A stretch of DNA of 64,000 nucleotides, taken from positions 63,180,001-63,244,000 of the forward strand of contig NC_045696.1 in the NCBI RefSeq assembly GCF_009834535.1, in the 5' to 3' direction. The translations under genes were made by a program, and so were the position numbers. A model generated the notes under the pieces. The model was given only the letters and a program-made list of their open reading frames with translations, did not search any database and was not told the DNA's origin. How positions within the stretch are numbered: the stretch's first letter is position 1; every line of letters begins with the position of its first letter. Below, piece after piece: positions 36,540 to 46,870 of the stretch. The stretch comes from Camelus ferus (lineage: Eukaryota).

Positions 36540-36981
36540 CTGCCTCTACCCGCAGCTCGATCCAGGCGCCACCGCGGAGGGGAGGGGGTCTGCTACGTTG
36601 CTGACGGCTGGAGGCCGTTTCGGAGTGCAGACCGCCCCTCTCCCCTGCCTGCTTCCCCCTGCCGCCCGCCCTTGTTCTCGCCCTGCTTCGGCTGCGTACC
36701 GCCGCCGCGGGCGCCAAGCAGGAGAGCGCGGACGCCCCTGCGCCCGGCTCGGCCCGGGCTCCGCCGCGGCGCCTCCCTCCCCTCACCCCGAGCCGCAGCG
36801 CGCGGCGGCGGCGGCGCCTCGAGCCCGAGCGACCCGCGGCCGCCGGCGCCGGCCGAGGGCAATGGGGCTGGGCTGAGGCGAGGCGGCGGCGGCAACAGCT
36901 GCGGACCCGGGCCCCGGCCCCCCGTGGTCCCTCGGCTGCTCCAGCCGGGAGGCCGCCGAGGAGACGGCGCGGTGGCGCCTG
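36540..36981 (+). other. ATP13A3: ATP13A3 non-coding exon 1 (5' end approximate)
   Basis: GC-rich stretch in the CpG island ending at a consensus donor CTG|gtaagt (GT at 36982), followed by a G-rich intron start. The TSS cannot be read from sequence. Confidence 0.75.
36862..36876 (+). other. AUG uORF MGLG* in the ATP13A3 5' leader
   Basis: ggca ATG GGG CTG GGC TGA; G at -3 and G at +4; the only ATG I see in the inferred spliced leader downstream of ~36480. Confidence 0.7.
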
Positions 36982-37728
36982 GTAAGTGGCGCCGGGTTCC
37001 CCCGGGCACAGGAGGGAAGGGTGAGCGGGGCGTGGAGTCGGTGGGTGGTGGTGATGGGGGAGCTTGGAGGAGGTGAATGATACTGTCGGGGGTAGCGGTA
37101 CCAGGTGAGCCTCCTCGGGATGGGATTGGGCATCACTTCTCGGGGAAGGTGTGTGGGGAGGGGACCGCTGAGACTGCGGAATGTCCGTCTGGGACAGGTG
37201 AGGCGAGAAGGAAGGCTTCACGTTGTGAATGTGAAGGCCTGATTGGGATACGCCGCTTGAGGGGACTACGAGTGTGTGTTGGAGTTTGGGAGTGGGATGG
37301 TGGTCCAGCCCTTTTAGAAAGTCCAGGAGATGGTGAGGTCGAAGGTAGTGGTAATTGGCAGGGCGTTTGATGGGTTTGTGCGGGTGCTGACTGAAGGAAT
37401 CTTGAGTTCGTCCTTAGTCACGGAGTAGTAGAGCTCCTTGCCAGTCACCACATTGAGCTGAGTGAGGTCAAGACGAAAAGTGACTTAAGACTTGCTTAAG
37501 GCCTCTCACTTTGATTCCGATAGTGAGGACTAGAACCCAGGGTCCTTTTCTCCAATACTTCCAAGGCCACTTTCCTTCTCTCCGCTCCATTCGCAAAGTT
37601 AGTTTCTGGTGAATATGTGACTTTGTTTGGAGGGGGACTCGAGGGAATCTGGGGATTGACAGTAATACTTAAGAGTTTCCCAATTTGAAAAGCTTTTGTG
37701 ACAGGTGTTTATCATTTCTTCTTCCCAG

Positions 37729-37774
37729 AGATCTGACAGAAACATCCTTGAATCTTGGTGTCTGGACATAGGAG
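37729..37774 (+). other. ATP13A3: Probable 46-nt non-coding exon 2 of ATP13A3
   Basis: Strong acceptor atcatttcttcttcccag| and donor GAG|gtatga, ~750 bp after exon 1; contains no ATG. Confidence 0.65.
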
Positions 37775-40700
37775 GTATGAATCACTCACATAATTAACTA
37801 CTTTTAATCATCAGTGTCTTAGAGCTATATTTGTTGGTTATATTAGTGCAAAATGAATGAGTATGGAGTCGTAAACCTAGAAGCAGAAATCTGTGTTTCC
37901 TACACATGATTCCAAGCTAAATGAGTAGAACATTTGTGTATGTAATGACTATTTTAGATCCATGAGTCAGGAAGTTATAATTAAAAAAAAAATCTAAGAA
38001 GTGCAGGAATGTGAAAGATTATTGTAAAATGAACACTTTCTAAAGGCTTTGTTGCTCAAGTGAAGATGTTCTGATTGGACTGTCTTTTGAAGGGTGATTA
38101 CTTAGTTAAAAGTTCTCTACCTTTGCTTAGAATTCAGCCTCTTTACCAAGGCACATGTATTCATTTTGTTTCACTGAAACATATGTGGTTTTCTTTTCTT
38201 CGGAGGATTGTTGCATTGCTGAATAGGCTACAGTTGCCAAAATAAATGTATGTGGGCATCCCATTCTGGTTTAGCGACCCTTTTTAAAGGCAGATCAGTT
38301 TCTGAGAATTGCTTGAAATAGTCAGCCTATTGTTAATATTGTTATGGAAGTTTATTTTTGCTACTATCCTTGTTTTGCATTATCCTCTATTAGATCAGGT
38401 GAGGGTGAGACAGCTAAGTGCGATTTTGGAAGGTTAGGTTATTGGGTAGGAAAAAATGATGACACTAATTGCTTTAACTTACAAGTAGTACCGTTATAAA
38501 TAAGTAAAAATATTAAGTAGCGGTTTATTTTGATAAGAAAGCTGACAGGCCTCAATTTGACTTAGTGTTCAGTTATGTAGTAGGAAAGAGGAATTCTTTG
38601 TCTAGGCCAACCAGGGAGCCTTATTTGGGGTAGCTCTGGTTATTAAGATTTTAATTTACAACTGGTTTGCGATAAATAGGGTAAATTCCTATATAGATAA
38701 GGAAGTAGTTTCATAGTGATTAGAACAGAACTCTATAACCTGAATATCTAAACAGTATTTTCTGATGAGTTTTCTACTTGGTTCTCCTTATTAGATGTTA
38801 GAGCTAAAATACTTCTGTTGGTCTAGTTAGCCCTTAATAGTTATTTCATTTAGGTAACATCAGTTCCCCATCTATGTTATATTCCCAGTATGGATTCTTA
38901 TGTGGATAATAATGTGTTTGCAGCTACAGCACATTGTAGCAGAAAAAGCATGAACTGGGGAATCAGACCTGAGTTTGATTTCTGACTTTTTTTTAGTAGC
39001 TATTTGACTTTGATCAATGATAATAGTTATTGAGTAATCTTACTGTATACTAAGTTTTGAAGTAAACATGACCTGAATTACCTCATTTAAGCCCCATTTT
39101 ACAGGTGGGGAAACTGAAGTTAGAAATACTAAGTTGTGCAGAGTCACATAGAGCTAACCAAGTAAGCCTAGAAACAGAAACTTCTACGTCACATATGGTA
39201 AATGAGCGCTAGGACTCTGGCTGTCTATACTGTAAGTTGCTTAACTTCCCTGTTCTTCTTCTTCTTTTTTTTTTTTTATAATTAACAAAGGAGAATTTTA
39301 ACACTTAGCTCAGAGTTTTGAGGATTAGCTGAGAGCCCGTGTAAAGAAAGGAGCACTCTTCTGTACATAGTAAATAGTTGCTTTCCCCCTTCCGTTCTTT
39401 ATACCAAATCGGGCTGTGCTCATTTAGCGTGGTGGTTTTGTAACCATTGTGAATGTAAGGTTTTAAAATGTGAATATACTTTATTGCTAAAATTGATAGC
39501 AGTCCTAGGAGATGGGCAATGATATGGGACATCCTGTGGGACTTTGTCTTTATTCCGTATTTTTTTCCCACTGGTCTAGGTGATGGTAGAAATAGGAAGT
39601 TCATACTTGTGAATCACAAGGTGGTGGTTGTAATTTCTAAAATCTTAGAAGACAGAATGTAATTTCAAAATGGTATTGGTCACTTGGTTTATCTAAATCT
39701 GGGCTTCTGTTCACTGGTATACTTGGCAACCTAAGCAGTAGACCTTGTGAATGCACCCCAAGTTGAATAGGAGTTAGCAGCTTGTTGTTTGTTAAAGACA
39801 ACATTCTTAAAACAGCTCGTGGTAGTATACTAAAAGAAGATATAGTCTGGTGTCTGACATCTCTCTGATACATAACCAGAAGGTTTGTTTCAAGTGATAC
39901 TGTATTCTGAACGTGCTGTATAGCTCATCTTGTTGAATCTGGATCTAGGAGTTAGCTGATGGGATTTAGTCTTTGGTTTTGGAACGGAGTTTGTGTGATA
40001 TGAAGCCAATTGGCCTGTTGGAGAAGAGTAAATCTGTAGCCATCAAAACTGTATTCTAATTAATCTACTTAACTAGTCCAAACAATATGCAAGAAGCAAG
40101 GAATTATCATTAGAGTCTTGAACTTTGTTGATCTTCATATTTTGAGAGTAGAGAAATAAGAGAGGATCAGAATTGGGCCACATATTTTAAGATTTAGGTT
40201 AAAAAGTAAAAGGTTCTAGGCTTATTTAATCTGGAGAAAAGTGCATATCATAAGGCAGAAGAATATCCTGAAGTTAATGGTAACTAGTAATTACAAAACT
40301 TAGAGTTAAAAACATTTGTATTAGTAAGATTAAAAATAGAGGTAATGTGAAATGTCATGAATAAATGGTAGTTGGGAAAAACAATCACTGTTATAATTGT
40401 GAATTAAAAATGTTTTTTTTTTTTTTATCATCAGTAAAAAGGCAGAAAAGTGGAATGAAGGAAAGGAAGAGCTGTCCAAATAATCAAATGTCTGAGACTG
40501 AGGAAAGTTGAGGATGGGGATTGTTAAAAAGTGTCCATAGACCACTCTCCAGAGAGAACTGTCCCAGCAGCAGACCTCCTAACATCTTAACCCTAAAGGC
40601 TCATGTTAGGGCCTTTGCTATGCCTGAGATGGTAAAACGTTAAGTCAGATAGCAAACTTGGAGACTGCCCAAACTAAAAAAGGACTTCTGTACCACACGG

Positions 40701-43700
40701 TGTCCCCCTGAGGGAAGAGGCCATATAGACTTACGAAACGGAGTCCCCCAAGGCATGCTACTTTGGAAGTTCCAGGTGAAAATGCATCTTTATCTCGTCC
40801 TATCACCAAAGGCCGCACACACTAGGATGAGCTGAGAATGCAGGAAGAAATACACTGTTTGAAGTCTATTTTTTGTATATGAGATGGGGTGAATGAAGTG
40901 AGTTATAATTAATCTCTTAATCAAAATTTCTCTCCTGTTGACTTTCCCACTTACTTGCTGTGGAACTTCCTTTTCAATGATCTGTTGACACTCAGGTACT
41001 AGTTAGGTAAGAAATAAAATTCTGGTTAAAGTGAATTAACTGTGTAAAGTAGAATCTCCTGATTATATGATGTGGACCTTGCTGATGTCTGTAAAATTTT
41101 TCTCAGAAATTTTTAATAAAGCATTTATATCTGTCGGGTGGTGGGGTGAAAGAGAGTTCTACCTCACTGATAGCAGGCTAAATGAATTGACTTCCTATTT
41201 TAAGTTTTTCTTTTTTTTCTACAAAGGAATTTGTGAGTTGGACATAAAAATAGGGAGGTATGAGATTGGGAAATAATAATGCTGAGTGGTTGTAGGTTAT
41301 TTAGACTAGCCCCTTCTTTTTACAGAAAAAGAAAACTGATGTCTGGAGAGGTAAGTGCCAGCATATGAGTGAAGGAGAAGCTTTGTCGTAGCTGGGGGGT
41401 CTTCTCACCCTCGTCTTCATATGCTGTAGTAATGGCACATCTCAAAACTCTATGTTTTGTGCTTTTTTTTTTCCTGTTGAGAACCAACTTTTAAGGATTG
41501 CTTTTGATCACTTGACAGACTTCTGTTACATTTTTAGTTTATTTTAAAATAAATCATGGAACAGCTTCCACATGTGTGTCTGGCGTGGCTTCTTTATAGG
41601 ATCCCTGTTGCTCTATTTTTCCTATTGTGAAATAGGCCGAAAAATATGTTAGTGACATACTTTGATATATAAAAGAAAAAGGTTTTGGTTCCTAATTCCT
41701 TCTGATCTAAAGAGCTGAGTAAAGTGAAATCCCCTTTTATGTGGGGGCTTTAGGCCTAAACTCTTATGTAAGGTAAAAAAAAAATCTTGTGTAGTCAGAA
41801 TTACCTGGAGAAAGTTCACCAGTTTGAAACTTGATTAACTGACATTGTTTTTCAATTCTCACAACAAGTTTTTCCTCCAGCTTTTAGAACAAGTTACTTT
41901 TTTGGTGAGCTGGAATCATAATTGGTTATGTGACATATATTTTGACCCATGAATAGGACTTTAGATTGACCAAGGACAGCAGGTTTAGTCTCCATGGCAT
42001 GCTCTCTCTGCAATAGGGATGTAAGGGTGGGTGTCCTGCCACCAGTATTTAGAGTATTTTTTTCTCTCTTTTTTTTTTCTTATGGCACACAGATAGTTGA
42101 ATTGATGTAATTAAGTCCACAGATGATGTGATTCCGTAATGTGAATAATGAAGAAAGAAATTAGGTGTTTAAAAATCTGCTATCTCTAGGGTTATACTGG
42201 CTGTTTTATATCACACAAAGAACCTAGCATAATTAAAGGGCTAAGTAATAAAGTTGGGATTATTGGGGCACTGTTGGTAATTTTTATAATTCTGGGTTGA
42301 TACTCACCTACTTTCCGTATCTTTGAGAGTTAATGTCTTCCTTACTGCTAGCAAGACCTGCATTATTTTAAAACAACTAAGTAAGCTGTTCATGTTTTCC
42401 ATGAAATTTAAAGTATATGAACTCCAACATCACTCTGCGGGTAGCAATGGTAAGAAAACACTGGTCTTGATAAAGAAATGTTATGGTGGTTAAAAATTTA
42501 AGTCATATGCCGTGGGAGAGGGCATGGTGTATGGGTTAAAACGTGGCCTCAGAGCCATGTACAAGTGATTTTGAATTTCAGCCTCTTCATTTACTAGCTC
42601 TGTAGTCTGGGTCAAGTACTTAACCTTTTTTAGTTTCTTCATTTGCTGAATGGAGGTACTAAAACCTACCTTAGAGAGTTGTGAGGGTAAGAGGCTCAGA
42701 AGTCGGTAACTTACTATTATTTGTTAGTTTAATAACATTTAACACATTCAAAAGAAGTTGCACTTGTGTGTGTATGTGTGTGTCATGAGAGAAAGTGTGT
42801 GGAGTGTGATTGAGGATTGCTTTTTTAAAAAACTGAAACAATAGGCAACAATGACATACTATTAAATTCAGGCTTTTCATAACAAAAATACCATGATTTT
42901 GCATCTTCAGCAACATCCTAAAAAGTTCAAGATGCTAATTTCATGTATCGCTAATGTACTTTTAATGTATATTTCTATCTTTCTCTTTGTGTCTCTGGGC
43001 ATGTTTGCAGTCTTTTTCTTCCCCTGTCCTCTGTGTTACTGATCCTCTGTGTAACTGTTAACTTGTCTGTCTCCCTGGCTGCATTATAAAATTTAAAAAT
43101 CTGTTTAATTATGTTTATTTAGTAGGATTTCATGTTCCCTTATTTTCATTTAGAAATTCTGATTAGTGAGATGTGTCTACATCTTTTCTTTGAAAAGAAG
43201 ACTTGAAACTATTTTAATTCTGTGGCCTTTGGATTGATTTCTTTAAATGTGAGTCACTAGTTCTTCATAGACCAAAGATTTTTCATCAATCTCTAGATTA
43301 TACTTTAGTTTCTTATCAGTTTTCTAAGATCATATATAATTTCTTTTTGTTCCATGATTACCTATGTTTATCTTTAAAACTTTTTTCCTTATTATTTTCC
43401 CAAGTACCCAAGATGGAGTTCTTATTTACATGCTAATTATAATGATACAATTCAGCTTACTAAGTAAAATGTAAAGTACACAGGCAAGTAGTCTAAGTAG
43501 CACTTAATTATTTGAAAGACTAGACTAACCTAGCAACTTGTTAAAGTAGATTTTTATTTCATGGGTCCTTTTGATATGAAAATATGCTTTTTATGGTTAT
43601 CACTACTCTCAGAGTCAGTTGGTGAATAATTTTTAGCTAATTCATGGTTGTTTTCTGTTCAGTTTTTGGTGAGAAAAATAGAAAACTGCATAATTTTGTC

Positions 43701-44186
43701 CGGTTCAAAAGCATCTTAATGTGTTTTTTTCCCCAAATCTTTTCTCATCTCTAGTACAGTCCATAGTGAATGACCGTTTCCCATGTTCCTTTAAAAGTTG
43801 TGGTGATTAGCAGTTATTGTAGTGCAGAAGACAGTAAGGAAGGAAGCTGGGTTAGGGCCTCTTGGTTATGCCCTAAGATTGTGTTAGCACATCTGTTCAA
43901 CACTTCTTTAGTTCCTGTCTTTGCCAAGCACAGGGCTAAATGCTGGGTATACATTGGTGAGTGAGTTCTGCCTTCTCAGAGATAGACAGTCTAGCAGGTG
44001 AACACTGCTGCATTGCACACCGTTCCCATTGTATTCTTTGGGAATGTGGTCCCTTGGCATGGCCTTGGATCTCTTTCAGTTGAGAAAAGTTCAGAATCTC
44101 CATCACATACAAGTTAATCCATATCTTTATTACATCAAACAAGGTCTTTCATCATAATCTCATTCTGTTCCATCTTCTCCCCCCAC

Positions 44187-44267
44187 TTAATGGAGGCACT
44201 AGGGATTGAACCCAGGACTTTGTGCATGCTAAGCACGCACTCTACCATTGAGCTGTACCCTGCCCCC
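44187..44267 (-). mobile_element. Vic-1-like SINE head in ATP13A3 intron
   Basis: GGGATTGAACCCAGGACTTTGTGCATGCTAAGCACGCACTCTACCATTGAGC; TCCATCTT occurs on both sides. Confidence 0.85.
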
Positions 44268-45639
44268 ACTCCATCTTTTTAAACTCCATTTCCCGCCATT
44301 CCCCAGAGGCCATCCTGTGCTCCAGCCAATTTAAGTAACTTGTGTTCCCGACATTTTCTAAGATTTCTCACCTTAATACTTCTGCATATGATAATTCCCC
44401 TACTTGGATTCCATCTTTCTCTTCTTTCTTTTCTCCTCTTGACTGCTTGTTTGCTTGATGAACTTCACACCTGTCAGGTCTTAGAACAAGGAACAGCTGT
44501 TATCTAAAGTCTTTTCTGGCCCTTGCCCTCCTCTTCCTTCCTCCTGGTGTCTCTCTCTGCTCCTATGATACTTTACTGCAGCACACAGCCACTTTGATGT
44601 GTGTAATTAACTTACTTGTCTACCCTAGATTTGGCTTCTTGAGGTTAGAAATTTAATCTTTGTAATCTCTAGCATTTAACACATACTTGGCACATGTAGA
44701 CAATGACATTCTAACAAATGATTCTTTCTTATGAAATAGGAAGTAGTGATAAACCATGATGATTCTTGCTAGAATGCTAATTTAATATTTACAGATAATA
44801 TTTTGAAATGTACCTGGGCAGCATCTTGGTTTTCTCAATTAATTTGCCTTTTTCTAAATCATACAATGGTCTGGGGTCAGATTTCAGGATACTACTTGGT
44901 TAGGATAAAGGCACTGTTGTAAGTTCATCAGTGAGCTTGTTGGTAAAACTTTCTGTCCATAATAATGAAAAATTGACATTGATGGTATCTAAAACAAATA
45001 AAGCTTTTCAATCCAAGAAGAGTGGGGATCTATAGGATTGCCGCAGCAGCAGCTCCATCTGTGTCTCTGCCAGTAGCACTCACTGCTGCTGCTGTGCAGG
45101 AGTGGATGAAGTGACCAAGTGGGGATGCTTCAGGGAACCCCAGTCAGAAAGACTCCTGTGCTCTCTGAGTGGTGGGACTGCAGTGCCTACTCCCCATATC
45201 ACCTCCATACTTTTTCTGTTGTTGTTACTTAGAGATTTCATTTTAGATTTGTCAGCTTTGAGATTTGTCAGCTTTATGACTCATTGATGTGTTAACCTCT
45301 GAACAGAATAACTTGATGAAAGAGGAATTAGTTAATGCTAATGAACGTAGTACTGTGGTGGAGGTTGCATAGGGTTACATGAGGTCAACAAGGACCTGCG
45401 AAGAGGATATTGGGAGATTCCGACAGGGCATAGGGGCAAGATGTCGGAGCATGGCAAAATCAAAATTTACTTTGTTGTGAAATTTTGCCCAGAAAAAGGG
45501 AAACGATTTTACCTCTTCCTCACACCCTATCTTGCCCTGTCTGGTTCATTCAGCTATGTTGCTGGGTACTGGTCTGGTTCCCAACTTTTAAAGTTTTTCG
45601 TCTGTAAACCTAATATTGAGGGACAAGTGTTCTGACATA

Positions 45640-46870
45640 TACAGAGGAGGGACAAAGTGAGGAGAAGCCCTGTGCTGGAGGGTGGAAGGGACAATCAGAG
45701 CTCAGTGGGGAAGATAGTTGACCAGGGTCTGATAGGACTAGCAGGAGCTCTTCAGCTAGACTAAGTTAAAGGAAGGGCATTTTTGGCAGAAGGAACAGCA
45801 TATTTAAAGGAATGGAATCAGGAAACAGTAGGGCCTTTTTAGGAACTGCAAATTGTGTTCTGTATAGATGGCGATGTAAGGTTTGTAAGAGGTGAATGAT
45901 AACCATTGGTGAATGGAAGATGGTGTTGACAACTAGGCAGGGCCAGATTCTGAAGGATTTTATGTCTTCCAATCAGTTGTGACCTTGTTCTTGGAGCCCA
46001 GTTGGGGCTCTTTTCCACCCCACTTTCCATGGTAGGGAACACATAGTAGTAGTGTGTGTTTTAAGACTTTTCAAAAGTCTTGCTCTGTAAGAGGGCTGCT
46101 TAACTTTATTTAATCCAGTATTTTTCTTCAATTTATATGGGCAGGCAATGCCTTAAAAAATTTTATTTTGGAGGGACTTTTACCAGTTGGGAAATGCTGC
46201 TGCAGACAGTAGGAAGCGATTGAGATTTTAACCAGAGAGAAATGGTCGTCTCTGGTTTGTGTATTGGTTTGAATGGGAAGGCTAGAGAGGAGATCAGGAC
46301 CTGAGCTGAGGCAGTGCCAGTGCAGAGAGGGCACAGTGAGATGGGTTTGAGAAAGGTAGAAATGATAAGACTTAGTGTCCAGTTGAATATAGAAGGTATG
46401 GGATAGGAAGGAGTCTAGGATGATTTCCAAATTTCCTGGCATGGCTTTTTAGGCAAATCCTATTCTTTTTTTAAATTTTATTTTATTGAGGTATAGTCAG
46501 TTTACAATGTTGTGTCAATTTCTGGGGTACAGCACAATGCTTCAGTCATACATGAATGTACATGTATTCATTTTCGTATTCTTTTTCCCCATAAGCTACT
46601 GTTCTTTAAAGGAATAGAGGGAGTTGATAGTGGCGGTGGTAGGAAGAAAGATGTTTGGACGAAAGATGAAATGAACCTATTGAATGTTAGCTGTTTGCAA
46701 ACATGGATAGTAGACTTTTGAATCTGTGGGACTGGAGCTCATGAGAGATCAGTGTTGAAAATACTGATTGGTAGTTGCCACTGTAGATGGGCCAGTAGTG
46801 CCCACTCTTTGCCCGTGATACTGTTACAAAGAGAGACGCCTGGAGAGTATTAATAATTAAGAAGTGGGCA
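45640..46870 (-). mobile_element. L2 fragments
   Basis: GGCAGAAGGAACAGCAT..GGCAGGGCCAGATTCTGAAGG..GGAGTCTAGGATGATTTCCAAATTTCCTGGC. Confidence 0.6.
46465..46600 (-). mobile_element. Short, relatively young L1 3' end
   Basis: TTTTATTGAGGTATAGTCAGTTTACAATGTTGTGTCAATTTCTGG. Confidence 0.8.

Larger units (their letters stand above)
35360..37280. promoter_or_regulatory. CpG island / ATP13A3 promoter (two lobes, ~35360-36000 and ~36350-37280)
   Basis: Dense CpG and high GC against CpG-depleted flanks; GC boxes (CCGCCC) at ~36402, ~36420, ~36451; E-box TCACGTGA at 36476-36483. Confidence 0.9.

Noticed and set aside
36871..36981. Antizyme-like +1 frameshift at GGC-UGA leading into ATP13A3
   Set aside because: The +1 frame stops at the TG|A junction with exon 2, or at TGA 57312-57314 if exon 2 is skipped, so it never reaches the main ORF. 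The site also lacks the UCC-UGA context.
36205..37221. 338-aa minus-strand ORF and the overlapping 198-aa plus-strand ORF in the CpG island
   Set aside because: Low-complexity Arg/Gly/Pro/Ala translations are expected from stop-poor GC-rich DNA. There is no recognisable domain, and the plus ORF runs through the exon 1 donor.
40030..40860. Possible hidden coding or retroviral fragment in the long intron
   Set aside because: No recognisable ORF; parts look like highly decayed CR1/L3 sequence, which I cannot confirm by eye.
1807..44267. Functional tRNA-Ala genes
   Set aside because: Copies have A-rich tails, some have TSDs, show CpG decay and stem mismatches, and lack oligo-T terminators. They are SINEs or retrocopies.
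3970..44280. Recurrent AGATG just 5' of four SINE heads as a special targeting motif
   Set aside because: It overlaps the purine-rich target sites expected from L1 endonuclease, and four cases are too few to separate from chance.
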